Assembly (NCBI GenBank): GCA_024679065.1 | Contig: JAGIQG010000004.1 | Coordinates: forward strand, 63,116,001 to 63,180,000 | DNA length: 64,000 nucleotides | Reading direction: 5' to 3' | Source: Sphyrna mokarran | Taxonomy: Eukaryota | Shown here: positions 38,690-52,243 of the stretch, one piece after another | Layout of the letters: each line of letters opens with the position of its first letter | Position numbering within the stretch: the first letter of the stretch is position 1 | Position numbers and translations under genes: made by a program | The notes under the pieces: generated by a model | Told to the model about the DNA's origin: nothing | Seen by the model: only the letters and a program-made list of their open reading frames with translations | The model's database searches: none

Positions 38690-41600
38690 ACGTAGAGCTG
38701 AATTGGGTGGACATTCTTCTGAGATCGATAGCTCGGTAGGGAGTGAGTTGGGAGATAGAGTAAGGTTGGATGAGAGGAAATACACGAGGGAGAAGGAGGT
38801 TGCGAGTGGGCTTGGAGTTCTGGAGTGTGTCTGTTTCAATGCAAGGAGCGTAATAGGAAAAACAGATGAACTTATGGCCTAAATATTTGCAAGAAACTTG
38901 GATGTGGTTGCAGTGACGGAGATGTGGTTAAAGGAAGGGGAGCACTGGCAGCTGAATATTCCTTGGTATAAGTGTTTCATGCGTGACAGAGGAGGGTCCA
39001 GAAGAGTTGGGGAAGTGGCGTTGTTAGTTAGAGAGAGCATCACAGCAGTGCAGAGGAGGACATAGAACATAGAACATAGAACAATACAGCACAAAGAGGC
39101 CCTTCGGCCCACGAGTTGCGCCGATCACATCTACCAAGCCACAGACCTATCTATAACCCCCTATCCTATTCGTTTCCATATACTCATCCAGAAATCTCTT
39201 AAAAGACCCCAGTGAGTTTGCCTCAACAACCTCCGACGGCAGTCGGTTCCATTCACTCACCACCCTCTGAGTGAAAAACCTACCCCTGACATCTCCTTTG
39301 TATTTGCTTCTCTGCACCTTAAATCCGTGTCCTCTCAGAGTGACCATTTCAGCTCGGGGAAATAGTCTCTGAGAGTCCACCCTATCTATCCCTCTCAACA
39401 TTGTATAAACCTCTATCAGGTCGCCTCTCAACCTACGTCGCTCCAGTGAGAAGAGTGCCAGCTCCCTCAACCTATCTTCATAAGGCCTGCCTCCCAATCC
39501 AGGCAGCATACTTGTAAATCTCCTCTGAACTTTCTCAATAGCCTCCACATCCTTCCTATAATGAGGCGACCAGAACCGCGCACAATACTCCAACTGGGGT
39601 CTGACAAAAGTCTTATAGAGCTGCATCATTACCTCCTGAATGCATACAATATAGAGGAGTTAGGCATCGAGTCGCTGTGTGTGGAGTTGCAAAATAGGAA
39701 GGGGGTAATTACAATGCTAGAAGTATAGTATAGGCCACCCAACAGCCCGCAGGTAGTTGAAGAAGGCATATGTAAAGACATTTTGGATAGGTGCAGAAAG
39801 AAAAGTCGTTATAGTGGGAGATTTTAATCTCAGTGGGGTGGATTGGAAGGTACCTGGAGCTGGGGGTTCGGACGGGGAGGAATTTGTAAAATGTGTATTG
39901 GAAGGATCATTGGAGCAGTATGTAGCTAGTCCAACTAGAGAGGGGGCTATATTGGATTTAGTTCTGAGTAATGAGCCAGGGCAGGCGGTTGAGGTGGTAG
40001 TAGGCGAACTTGTGGCTAACAGTGATCACAATTCTGTCTGCTTAAGGATAGAGATGGAAAAGGATGTTTGTTGCCCTAAGAGGAGGGTGCTGAATTGGGG
40101 GAAGGCTAACTACAGTTGGATTAGGCAGAAGCTTATTGAAACTGATTGGGAACGAGTTCGAGGGTAAGTCCACGCTAGAGATGTGGGACTCTTTCAAGGG
40201 AATACTGAAAATGTTGCAAGAAAGATGTGTACCAGCTAAGAGGAAGGATGAGAAAGATAGAATTAAAAAACTGTGGATCACTAGGGATATTGAGGATTTG
40301 GTTAGGAAGAAAAGAGAGGCGTATGATAGGTCAAAACAGCTGGGAACGTAGTGAGCATTGGAGGAATATAGAGAGAGTAGGAGGAAGCTCAAAACGGGGA
40401 GATAGAAGGGCAAAAAGAGGGCATGAAATGGTTTTGGCAAATAGGATTAAGGAAAATCCAAAGGCTTTTTACTCCTATGTTAGGAATAAAAGGATGGTTA
40501 AAGGTAAAATCGGATCTCTTAGGGACAGAGGAGGGGAACTGTACTTACAGCCCGAGAGAATGGGGGAGATCCTGAATGAGTACTTCGTGTCAGTATTCAC
40601 AAAGGAGAGGGACTTGTTGACCGGTCCTGTCTCTGAGGGAGCTGTAAATCAGTTGAGGGAAATATCCGTACTGAGGGAGGAAGTATTAGAGCTTCTAGGT
40701 AGCATTAAAACTGATAAATCTCCAGAGCCTGATGTTGTTTACCCCAGGCTACTTAGGGAGGTGCGAGGTGAAATTGCTGGGCCTCTGGCGTAAATCTTTG
40801 TCTCTTCTTTGGACACAGGTGAGGTCCCAAAGGACTGGAGAATAGCTAATGTTGTACCGTTATTTAAAAAGTGTAGTAGGGATAACCATGGATATTATAG
40901 GCAGGTGAGTTCGACGTCAGTGGTAGGGAAGCTGTGGGAGGGGATTCTTACAGAAAGGACATATAGGCACTTAGAGCTTTGTGATCTGATTAGGGATATA
41001 CAGCATGGCTTTGTTAAAGGGAGGTCGTGCCTTACGAACCTGGTAGAATTTTTTGAGGAGGTGACGAAAACGGTCGACGAAGGGTGAACCATTGATATCG
41101 TCTATATGGATTTCAGTAAGGCATTTGACAAATTCCCTCATGGGAGGTTACTTGGAAGGATCAAGGCTAATGGGATACAAGGACAGGTAGCTAGATGGAT
41201 AAGTAACTGGGTTGGTAATAAGAAACAGAGAGTAATAGTGGAAGGGTGTTTCTCTTGCTGGAGGTCGGTCAGTAGTGGTGTGCTGCAGGGCTCGGTATAG
41301 GGACCTCTTCTATTTGTAATATATATAAATGACTTGGGAGAGGGAGTAAGTGGAGTGATCAGCAAGTTTGCAGACAATACAAAGATGGCTGAACTTGCGA
41401 ATAGTGAGGAGCATTGTCAGGCAATACAGCAGGACATAGATAGGCTGGTAGCTTGGGCAGATATAGGGCAGATGGAATTCAATCCTGATAAATGCAAAGT
41501 GATGCATTTTGGGAGAAAGAATGTAGAGGGGAGGTATATGATAAAGGGTAGATCTATTAAGAGTATAGAAGCGCAGAGAGACCTACGGGTGCAGGTCACA

Positions 41601-42725
41601 AGTCCCTGAAGATGGCAGAACAGGTGGAGAAGTTTGTGAAGAAAGCATATGATATGCTAGCCTTTATAGTAAGGGGAATAGAGTTCAAGAGCTGGGCTTT
41701 AATTTTGCAGTTGTATAAAACATTGGTTAGACCTCATTTGGAATACTGCGTCCAGTTCTGGTCGCCTTACTACCGGAAGGACGTGGAGATTATGGACAGA
41801 GTGCAAAGAAGTTTTACCAGGATGCTGCCTGGTATAGTAGGTCTGAGTTACGAGGAGAGGTTAGGAAAATTGGGGCTTTTTTTCCTTAGAAAGACGTAAA
41901 CTTAAAGGAGATCTAATAGAGGTGTATAAGATTATGAGGGGTATAGATAGAGAAAACAGGATTAAACTTTTTCCTAGGATAGACTCAAATAGCATAAGGG
42001 GCATGGGCTTAGGATGAGGGGTGTAAGGTATAATTTGGATGCCAGAGGGAGTTTTTTCACACAGAGGGTGGTGGGGGTATGAATGCACTGCACTAAAGTG
42101 GTGGAGGCAGGCACTCTGGAGTTAAGAGATACTTAGATGGGTGCATGAACAGAATTGGAATGGAGGGGTATAGAAAACTGATTTAAAATAGGCATCATGA
42201 GCCTTGGGAATTCCCTGGGAATTGTGTAAATTGTCGATGATATTGACGTATTTGTTTTATCCTACAGGTACTTCGGTCCGCCTTGTCTAACGAGGGGCAT
42301 ACACGCGATGGGTCATGAGAGGGCTGCTCTTGGATTTTTCAAGAGTAGCCTAGTGCTTTACGTCATTAGTGTACGCTTGACCTGGACCATTTGATGGGCA
42401 ACACGGCAGCTCAGTGACTGTTGCTGTGCTGTGCAGATACGTGGATTTGGGTCTGTGTCTGTGGGAGTTTGTGCATTCTCTCCGTGCTTGTGTGGGTTTT
42501 CTCTGGGTGCTTCAGTTTCCTTCCACATCCCAAAGATGTGCTCTTAGGCTGATTGGCAGAACAAATTCTCCTTAAATTGTCTCAAGTTTATTCTAATGCA
42601 TAGATCTATAAACACAGACAGGGATGACAGGGATCATGTGTAGAAGTGGGAACATCGAGTTTGCGGCATGGCCTCATTGGGCCGAAGAGCCTGTTTCCCG
42701 TGCTGTTTTGTTCTTTGTTCTTTGT
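38690..42725 (+). mobile_element. CR1 LINE with near-complete but disrupted ORF2 and V-SINE-containing 3' UTR
   Basis: CFNARSVIGK, VAVTE.WL, GDFN, SDH, RT motifs; many stops and frameshifts. Confidence 0.9.
39061..39640 (-). mobile_element. Nested antisense CR1 3' fragment inside the endonuclease region of the host CR1
   Basis: ORF 39147..39629 intact, (ATAGAAC)n tail at 39061; host sequence resumes near 39646. Confidence 0.9.
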
Positions 42726-42967
42726 ACTTATACTTGGTATCTGCTTCACAAAACAGGACTTAATACATAGTACGTGTGCTTCCAGTGTACCAGAATGCCA
42801 ACGACTCTAATTGAGTTTGCGGCATGGCCTCATTGGGCCGAAGAGCCTGTTTCCCGTGCTGTTTTGTTCTTTGTTCTTTGTACTTATACTTGGTATCTGC
42901 TTCACAAAACAGGACTTAATACATAGTACGTGTGCTTCCAGTGTACCAGAATGCCAACGACTCTAAT
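42657..42967 (+). repeat. Perfect tandem duplication, 155 bp x2
   Basis: 42657-42811 equals 42813-42967. Confidence 0.92.
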
Positions 42968-44209
42968 CTAATGCTAATTGATCTTGTATTGGGAGGTTTG
43001 CTATGCTATTTCTGAGGGTATTTAAGCATCAACCAATTGCTGTTTATGTGGACTCATATTTAGGCGAGACCAGGAAAGGATACAGATTCCCTTCCCTGAA
43101 GGACAAGTGTGGAATATTGAATTGCAGAAACTTAGTGACAGCATGGTTCCACAGTAGGATTTGTGTGATTTTGAGGGGAACTTGCAAGGAGACATGCTCC
43201 GAAGTGATTGTTGTCTGTAATCCTTTTGGTGATAGAGGTCTTGATTTTGGAAAATGTTGTTGAAATTGTATGGGTTGTCACTGTGTGTGGTGTACCTCGC
43301 TGACACTGTGTGTCTTTTGTGGAGAGAGTGAATGCTTAAGATGGCGATGGATTGCATCAAGTGGATTTTTTTTTAACTGGATGATGTTGATCTTTTTCGA
43401 GTGTTGTTGGAGTTGAATTTATCAAAGCAAGTTGAGAAAATTCCATCATATGCCTGGCCTGTGACTTGTAGCTGCCAGCAGACGTTGCAAGCTATGGAGT
43501 CTGTAATCACCCTCATAACTCCCCATCTCAATTTGCTCCTCTAGCCACAATATTTATATAACTCGACCAATTCTTTTCAGTTCACTGTTGATCTGAATCA
43601 TGATGGAACTGGGGGTCTCCGTGATAACATTGAAAGTCACAGGCAGATACCAAAATTCTCTTTACTCAAGATGTCTATTGTGTGAAGTTGTGTCACGCAA
43701 ATGTTTATTTCTGTTGTGCAGGTCAGGCCTCAGAACCATCCTGCCCTTCCGATTTGGGGAATCAATAGCTTTAGTAACTAAACAGCTGTGCATGTGCAGA
43801 AGTAACGGATTGAGCAGCTAATTATCCAATCTTATGATGTATAGCTATTTCTGAATCGATAGCAGAATCACTGGGTCAATAAATTAGTTCAACGTCATCA
43901 AGGGCAATAAATGGAAATTCATCTTGCAATGAAGGAATTGCAGATCTGGAAGGAAATAAGATACAGGACAGGCATTGACTCATGAAGAACACCTAAGCTT
44001 AGATATTTTAGGAGAAGGCCATAGCTGAGAAAGTTGATAGAGTCTGTTTGAGTAGCTAACAAGAAGGTGAAATATATTGACTTGTTTAGTGTATGGTCTA
44101 CATCGATTTTGATGTAACATTTGGCCAGATCTCAGGTTGACCAAAAGAAACAACCCACTGTATCCAAGGAATAGTGGCGAGTTAATGCCAAAATGGACGC
44201 AGTGGCAGT

Positions 44210-44535
44210 CAACGGAGGGTACAGTGCAGAAAGAGGCCTTTTGACCAATCAAGTCTGACCGAATACATTCCCACTAGACCCTAACCCCATATCCCAATAT
44301 ATTATACCCACTAATCCCTCTAACCTATGCATCTCTGGACACTAAGGGGCAATTTCTTAATTAGCCAAACAACCTAACCCGCACATCTTTGGGAGGAAAC
44401 CGGAGTACCCAGAGGAAACCCACGCAGACATGAGGAGAACGTGCAAATTCCACACAGATAGCGACCCAAGCCGGGAATCGGACCCAGGACCCTCGAGCTG
44501 TGAAGCAGCAGTGCTAACTGTGCCGCTCCACCCAT
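44210..44535 (-). mobile_element. HE1-like V-SINE
   Basis: Reverse tRNA-like head (cacagttagcactgctgcttcacagc...gggtccgattccc) plus V-domain and LINE-like tail. Confidence 0.85.
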
Positions 44536-45134
44536 GTTTGTTTGACTGTTTGACTGCTATTTCTGGGACTGGAGAAATATTTTTCTGTGATGTTCCAAAG
44601 AGTTCAACGTTAACCTATCTGTTGATTGTAATTAACAATGACTTAATCTTAAAAATTGATGGAGGGGGCATAATTAAGAAATTTTCAAGTCTTTGTATGG
44701 TTGATAATGTGGACGAAAAGTTTAAATTGCGGAAAAATCTAAATGGGACGGACAGAGGGCCAGGAAACTGATAAATGGAATATAGATGAAAAATAAGGCA
44801 AAAAAAACACAACAAATAAACTCTTAGTGAGAAACATGAAAAGGAACACAGGAAACCTGAAGAATATGTCCATAGATATCTGAAAGTAACAGAATAGTTA
44901 GGTATGTAGGCTGACCATGGAGGCTTATCAAATATTATCCTTTATATGTTGGCATATCAGGACAGGGAAGTTACGAGACCAGTTACCTTCTGTAGTATTG
45001 CTTAGAGTTCGGCTCACCACAATACAGGAAAGATCGAATCACACTGGAGAGATTGTAGAGAAGTTTAAGAAGATGATGCTCAGAGTGAAAACTTTTAGTT
45101 AAAAGGAAATATTTATTATGTTGATATTGTTTTC

Positions 45135-48100
45135 AAAGAACAAAGAACAAAACAGCACGGGAAATAGGCCCTTCGGCCCAATGAGCCCACGCCGCCACCC
45201 TGATGTTCCCACCTCTACCCGCGATCCCTGTCCATGTTTATAGACCAATGGATTAAAAACAAAATTTGAGACAATTTAGGGAGAATTTGTTTTGCCAATT
45301 AATCTAAGAGCACATCTTTGGGATGTAGGAGGAAACCAGAGTGCCCGGAGAAAACCCACACAAGCACGGGGAGAATGTGCAAACTCTCACAGACACAGAC
45401 CTAAATCCATGTATCTGCACAGCGCAGCGATAGTCACTGAGCTGTCGTGTTGACCATCAAATGGTCCAGGTCAAGCGTACACTAATGATGTGAAGCAGTA
45501 GGATACTCTCGAAAAAGATTCAAGAGAAGTCCTCTCACGACCCATCGCATGTATGCCCCTCGTTAGACAACAAGGTGGACCAAAGCACCTGTAGGATAAG
45601 AACAAGTACATCAATATCATCATCTATTTACACACTTCCCAGGGACTCCCAAGGATCATGATCCCTATTTTAAATCAGTTTTCTATACCCCTCCATTCCC
45701 ATTCTGTTCATGTGCTCATCTAAGTATTTCTTAAATAACTCCAGAGTACCTGCCTCCACCACTTTACTTGGTAGCGCATTCCATACCCCCACCACCCTCT
45801 GTGTGAAAAAACTCCCTCTAGCATCCAAATTATACCTTACCCCTCACCCTAAGCCTGTGACCCCTCGTGCTATTCGAGTCCATCCTAGGAAAAAGCTTAA
45901 CCCTGTTTACTCTATCTATACCCCTCATAATCTTGTACACCTCTATTAGATCTCCTCCCAGTCTACATGTTTCTAAGGAAAACAGCCCCAATTTGCCTAA
46001 CCTCTCCTCATAACTCAGACCTTCCATCCCAGGCAGCATCCTGATAAACCTCCTCTGCACTGTCTCCAGAGTCTCCACTTCCCCCCGGTAGTAGGGCGAC
46101 CAGAACTGGACGCAGTACTCCAAATGAGTCTAACCAATGTTTTATACAAGTGCAACATTAAAGGCCAGCTCTTGAACTCTATACCCCTTCCTATAAAGGC
46201 TAGCATGCCATATGCTTTCTTCACAACCTTCTCCACCTCCTCTGTCACCTTCAGAGACTTGTGCACCTACAGCCCCAGATACCACTGCGTTCCTATACTC
46301 TTAATACGTCTACCCTTCATTATATACCTCCCCCCTACATTCTTTCTCCCGAAAAGCATCACCTTGCATTTATCAGGATTGAATTCCATCTGCCATCTAT
46401 CTGCCCAAGCTACCAGCCTATGTCCTGATGTATCACCTGACAATGTTCCTCACTATCCGCAAGTCCAGCCATCTTTGCATCGTCTGCAAACTTGCTGATC
46501 ACTCCACTTACTCCCTCTTCCAAGTCATTTGTATGTATTACAAATAGAAGAGGTCCCAGTACCAAGCCCTGCGGCACACCTCTAGTGACCGAACACCAGC
46601 GAGAGAAACACCCTTCCACGATTACTCTCTGTCTCCTATTACCAAGCCAGTTACTTATCCATCTAGCTACATGTCCTTGTATCCCATTAGCCTTGACCTT
46701 CTCGACTAACATCCCATGAGGGACTTTGTCAAATGCCTTACTAAAATCCATGTATATGACATCAATGGCTGGCCCTTCATCCACCGTTTTCATCACCTCC
46801 TCAAAAAATTCTACCAGATTTGTAAGACACGACCTCCCCTTAACAAATCCATGCTGCGTATCCCGAATCAAATCACAACGTTCTAAGTGCCTATACATCC
46901 TATCTCTAAGAATCCCCTCCAACAGCTTCCCTACCACTGATGCCAAACTCACCGGCCTATAATTTCCAGAGTTATCCCTACTACCCTTTTTAAACAACGG
47001 TACAACATTAGCTATTCTCCAGTCCTTTGGGATCTCACCTGTGTCCAAGGAAGAAACAAAGATTTGCGTCAGAGGCCCAGCAATATCACCTCGCACCTCC
47101 CTAAGCTGCCTGGGATAAATGTCATCAGGCCCCGGAGATTTATCAGTTTTAATGCTACCTAGAAGCTCTAACACTTCCTCCCTCGGTATGGATATTTCCC
47201 TCAACTGGTCCACAGCTCCCTCAGAGACAGGAGCTGTCAACAAGCCCTTCTTCTTTGTGAATAACGACGCAAAGTATTCATTCAGGATCTCCACCATTCC
47301 CTCGGGCTCTAAGCACAGTTCCCCTCCTCTGTCCCGAAGAGGTCTGATTTTTCCTCTAACCACCCTTCTATTCCTAAAAAACCTTTGGATTTTTCTTAAT
47401 CCTATCCGCCAAAATAATTTCATGCCCCCTTTTTGCCCTTCTAACTCCCATTTGAGCTCCCTCCTACTGTCTCTATATTCCTTCAATGCTGTCTCGGTTC
47501 CCAGCTGCTTTGACCTATCATACGCCTCTCTTTTCTTCCTAACCAAGTCCTCAATATCTCTAGTAATCCACGGCTTTCCAGTCCTACCTTTCCCATCTTT
47601 CCTCTTGGCTGGCACGTATTTATCTTGCAATATTTTCACTATTTTCTTGAAAGAGTCCCACATGCCTAGCATGGACTTAACCTCGAACAACCATTCCCTA
47701 TCAGTTTCCCTAAGTTCCTGCCTAATCCGACTGTAGTTAGCCTTCCCCCAATTCAGTACCCTGCCCCTAAGGCAACAAGCATCCTTTTCCATCTGTATCC
47801 TAAAATAGACAGAATTGTGGTCACTGTTAGCCACATGTTCCCCTACTGCAACATCAACCACCTGCCCTGGCTCATTACTCAGAATTAAATCCAATATAGC
47901 CCCTTCTCTAGTCGGGCTAGCCACATACTGCTCCAACGATCCTTCCAGTACACATTTTACAAATTCCTGCCCATCCAAACCTACTTTCCAATCCACCCTA
48001 GGGAGATTAAAATCTCCCACTATAACGACTCTGTTCTTTCTGCTCCTATCCAAAATGTCTTTACATATGCCTTCTTCAACTACCCGTGGGCTGTTGGGTG

Positions 48101-50680
48101 GCCTATAATATACTCCTAGCATAGTAATCGCCCCCTTTCTACATAGAACATAGAACATAGAACATTACAGCACAGAACAGGTCCTTTGGCCTTCGATGTT
48201 GCGCCGACCAATATAAAAAGCAATGCCCCTCCAAACTAAACCATTCCCTTCTCTTCCATATACTTATCAAATAACCCCTTAAACGCCACCAAACTTGGCG
48301 CATCTACAACCGCTGCAGGCAGGGCATTCCACTCCCGAACCACCCTTTGGGTAAAGAACCTGCCTCTGATATCCGTCCTATAACTATCACCCCTCAATTT
48401 AAAGCTGTGTCCCCTCGTGCTAGCTTTTTCCATCCTAGGAAAAAGGCTATCACTGTCCACCCTATCTAAACCTCTAATCATCTATATGTTTCGATCAGGT
48501 CCCTCTTAGCCTCCTCCTTTCTAACGAAAACAACCTCAAATCCCTCAGCCTCTCCTCATAAGACCTGCCCTCCATACCAGGCAACATCCTGGGTAAACCT
48601 CCTCTGTACCCTCTCCAATGCCTCCACATCTTTCTTATAATGTGGGGACCAGAACTGCACACAATACTCCAAGTGCGGCCGCACTAGAGTTTTGTACAGT
48701 TGCAACATGACGTTGCGGCTCCGAAATTCAATCCCTCTACCAATAAAAGCCAAGACTCCATATGCCTTCCTAACAACCTTCTCGACCTGACTGCCTACTT
48801 TCAGGGATCTATGCACATACACACCAAGATCCCTCTGTTCATCTAGACTACTAAGAATCCTACCATTTGCCCTTTCTATTCCTCAACTCCACCCACAGCG
48901 ACTCCACTCCTACCTCCCCTGTATTGTCCTCCGTCTGCACCACCGTGATGCTCTCCTTAACTAACAACGCCAGTCCTCCACCTCTTCTGGACTCTCCTCT
49001 GTCACGCCTGAAACACTTATACCCAGGAATGTTCAGTTGCACTGCTCCCTTCCTCTAACCATGTCTCCGTCACCGCAACCACATCCAAGTTCCTTGCAAA
49101 CATTAAGGCCCTAAGTTCATCCGTTTTTCCCATTCCGCTCCTCTCATTGAAACAGATACACTCCAGACCTCCAAGACCACTTGGAACCTCCTTCTGCCCG
49201 GTGCATCTCTTCTCATCCAAGCTTACTCTTTCTCCCATCTCGCTCTCTACCGAGCTATCGGTCTCAGCCCCTCCCCCCCTCCATATTAGTTTAAATCCTG
49301 CCGAAATACTCCAGCTAACCTCCCAGCTAAGATATTCATGCCCTTCCCATTCAAGTGTTCCCCGTACCTTCTACACAGCTGCCCTTCTTTCACAAAGACT
49401 TCCCAGTTATCCACAAATACGAAACCCTCTGCCCTACACCAGTCCTTCAGCCACTCATTCAGCTGTAGGATCTCATTTCTCCTGGTTCTGCTATTACCCG
49501 CACCTGGAAGCAGACCTGAGATCGCCACCTTCAAGGCCCTGCTCTTCAGCCTACCCCCCAACTCGCTGAACTGCTTCGTATATCCTCCCTGCACTTCCTT
49601 CCTACATCCTTCTCTCATACGTGAATAATCATATCCGCCTGGGCCCCTCACCCTTCAAAATGCCCTCTACCCGTCCGACGCATCTTGCACCACTGCTCCA
49701 GGGAGGCAGACTACCATCCTGGAGTCCCACCTTGGAGCACAGAAGCGTCTATCTATTCCTTTAACCCTCCCATCCCCCACCACTATCTTCCTTTTAGCCC
49801 CTTTCCTCCCTTTTGAGGTATTCTGGTCCTCGTGCCTTGCCTTTTTTAACCTTCCGCCCTCGATATTTTGGGGGGGCTGCACTGGGACGTCTTTGGACTG
49901 TCTCCCCTCTCCTTTTCCCTTCCTGACAGTAATCCACCTCTAAGGGTCAGGGTCAGGGTCTCCCCCCACCCCCACCCATCCCACCTCCCCCCCCACCCCC
50001 CACCTTAGGCTCCGGGTCCACCACCTTACTCTGCCTTTCTTCCGTGATTGCCTCGTTCTCCCTGACTAAAAATGCATCTTCCAATCGGCGCTCTAGTTGC
50101 TAGAGCCCTCAGATGCTGCAGCTCCAAACACGACGCATACATGGACTTTTGGGAGAGGTCTTGCCTCGAGGAACTCCCACATATGGCACCATACACAGGT
50201 GAGGCATCTTCCCTTAATCCCTGCCATTGTCATGAACACCTCTGGAGGTGTGAATTCCAATGGAAAAACCAGTAGCACACTGCGCCTAAGCCTGCTCTCC
50301 CCTGAGCCCTGCGAGCCAAAGCCCTTATATCTCTCACTCTGCTTCCCTACTCACTCCCCTGCCCGCTCCAACGCTGCCCGCTGTCTACTGCCACTTTCTT
50401 TTTATAATCCCCAGTTTCCTTCCCAGCTAGCCCCAGGACTAACTACAGCAGCAAAAAGCATTCAAAAAGAAAGAGAGAAAAAAACAATTTGAAAAATTCA
50501 CACACAGCCACCAGCACTTCCAAACACTCTGTCCCAGAGAACAATGAGGTGGGTTGCTGATTTATACTCCCCACTCCCTTCCCAGCTAGCCCCAGGACTA
50601 ACTACAGCAGCATAAAGCGCTCAAAAAGAGAGAGAAAAAAAAAAGCAAATTGAAAAATTCACACTCAGCCACCAGCAGGG
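45135..50680 (-). mobile_element. Near full-length CR1 LINE (5' UTR, ORF1 with Cys motif and SGNH-esterase, ORF2 EN-RT, long 3' UTR); inactive
   Basis: ORF1 pieces 50093..50278 (CVWCHMWE), 49667..49882 (IVVGD..VKGIDRRFC...VCLPGA), 49286..49651; ORF2 pieces 49017..49238, 48860..49042, 46410..48158 (582 aa), 46015..46266, 45830..46123. Confidence 0.93.
48142..48869 (-). mobile_element. Young CR1 3' fragment nested in the ORF2 of the full-length CR1
   Basis: TSD CCCTTTCTA at 48133-48141 and 48870-48878; host frame ELRNRKG|AITMLGVYYRPPNS is split here. Confidence 0.92.
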
Positions 50681-51239
50681 CGAAGGCAGTGAGGAGGAAA
50701 AGCGGGAAGATTTAATGTGTACAAAATAATGAGTCGCCTCGATGGAATACGTAGGAAGGTTTTACTATTCTTGGTAAGCAGACCATCTTGATTTGGATCT
50801 ATATCGCCGATCCTTGATTGTCACTGTCTCAAAATCTATAACTTCTGGTTGTATCCACCCCAGGTGCATTACAGCGGTAAAGAAAGTTGATCACCACCAA
50901 TTTTTCTCGGACGGATGAGCAACAAATACTAGCCTTATCAACGAATCTCACATCCCACGAAAGAAAGAACGAAAAGTAGAAAGGGCATGATATTAGTCGA
51001 CTTGCGAAAATGATTAGATGGCAATTGCGGAGCTGAGTGCTTGGAACTCACTTCTTGAAATACTGGTGGCGACCGAAAGCCTCGTTGCGTGAAAAACTTG
51101 GATATGCACTTCACGTAATACAACCTTGAGAATTACAGAACAAGAGTGCAAATGGGGTATGGCTGCAGAACTCTTTTCGGCTTTGTACAGTATAGTATCA
51201 TGAACAGTAAAATAAAGCAAATTAAACTTAAATGTTTTG

Positions 51240-51830
51240 AAATACATCATTCATCAGCTGTGCAGTGCTGGAAGTGCTGAACGTGGGGATAGATGAGGTA
51301 AAAGACAAGCTCGTGGGGAAAACGGGAAGAGTGTACAGAGAACGTAGAATGACGGAAAGTGTAGCTGAGGTAGCTGTGGGAGTCAGTAGGGTTAGTGGGG
51401 CCACAGCAGATTCGCAGTCTAACCCCAGAACTAGAAACAGAGAAGCTGGGGAGGAATCGGTGGTGCATTATATTCAAAGGATGCAGCGGCGGAAACTCGA
51501 AACCAATTTAGTGAAATTATCAAGTTCTGGTTGAATGCAAAATGTGGCATCGAGACAATATTCAGAATACTCACCTACCAGAAAACAGAAATGAAGGAGG
51601 AATCTAAAAGTGTCTGGAACAAAAGAGGAAAGAGGCATAGTTAGAGCTTATCCTGCATAATAAGATCTTGTATGTGACACCAATGGACCAGCTTGAGACA
51701 GCAACGTTTTCACAGCTGCTCCAAGAATGTTTTGTGAAGCCTGAACCCCTAACAAATGGATAAACAGCAAAGTAGATTGAAAAGAAGGATAGAAGCCCCG
51801 CCATGAGAAAACTGGCCCAAAGCTGGGAAT
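51240..51830 (-). mobile_element. Penelope-like element remnant
   Basis: ORF 51247..51477 PTDSHSYLSYT. Confidence 0.6.
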
Positions 51831-52128
51831 CAACATCCCCTCTCCCTGCCCACCATTACCCTTCCCCCCCCCATCCCCCAACAACACCACCGTCCCTCCC
51901 CCGCCCCCACCATGACTTTCTTAACAGGGATATCTGTGCTTTCATGATATATTTTCTGAGAACCTGTCCCTCGCAAACAATAATGCCGAAAGGAGAGAGG
52001 GAAGGCATGATGGGGTAAAGGTGGCGGGAGGCGGGGGCTGGCACGTGGGGATGGGGTGGGGAAGATGTTGTATTTGCACGGAACTCATTTTTTTCGCAAA
52101 CCCTGCGACCTTCTGTTATTGACATTGC

Positions 52129-52243
52129 GGCCCCGCCTATTCTATTCGCATTTAACCACGCGTTCCACCTAATTTATTGAAATCAGTCAACTTTCTGTCA
52201 AACTTCCGCTTTCCAAATGCTCTGTCATTGACGTTACAAACAA
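52129..52243 (+). promoter_or_regulatory. Putative proximal promoter of gene B (GC box, ETS-like ACTTCCGC, TGACGTT, TTACAAACAA)
   Basis: GGCCCCGCC near 52129, ACTTCCGC 52202-52209, TGACGTT 52229-52235, TTACAAACAA 52234-52243. Confidence 0.4.

Noticed and set aside
46410-48158. Long reverse-transcriptase ORFs as a novel RT system or domesticated gene
   Set aside because: Ordinary CR1 ORF2 pieces with frameshifts, stops and nested insertions; many similar copies in the window.
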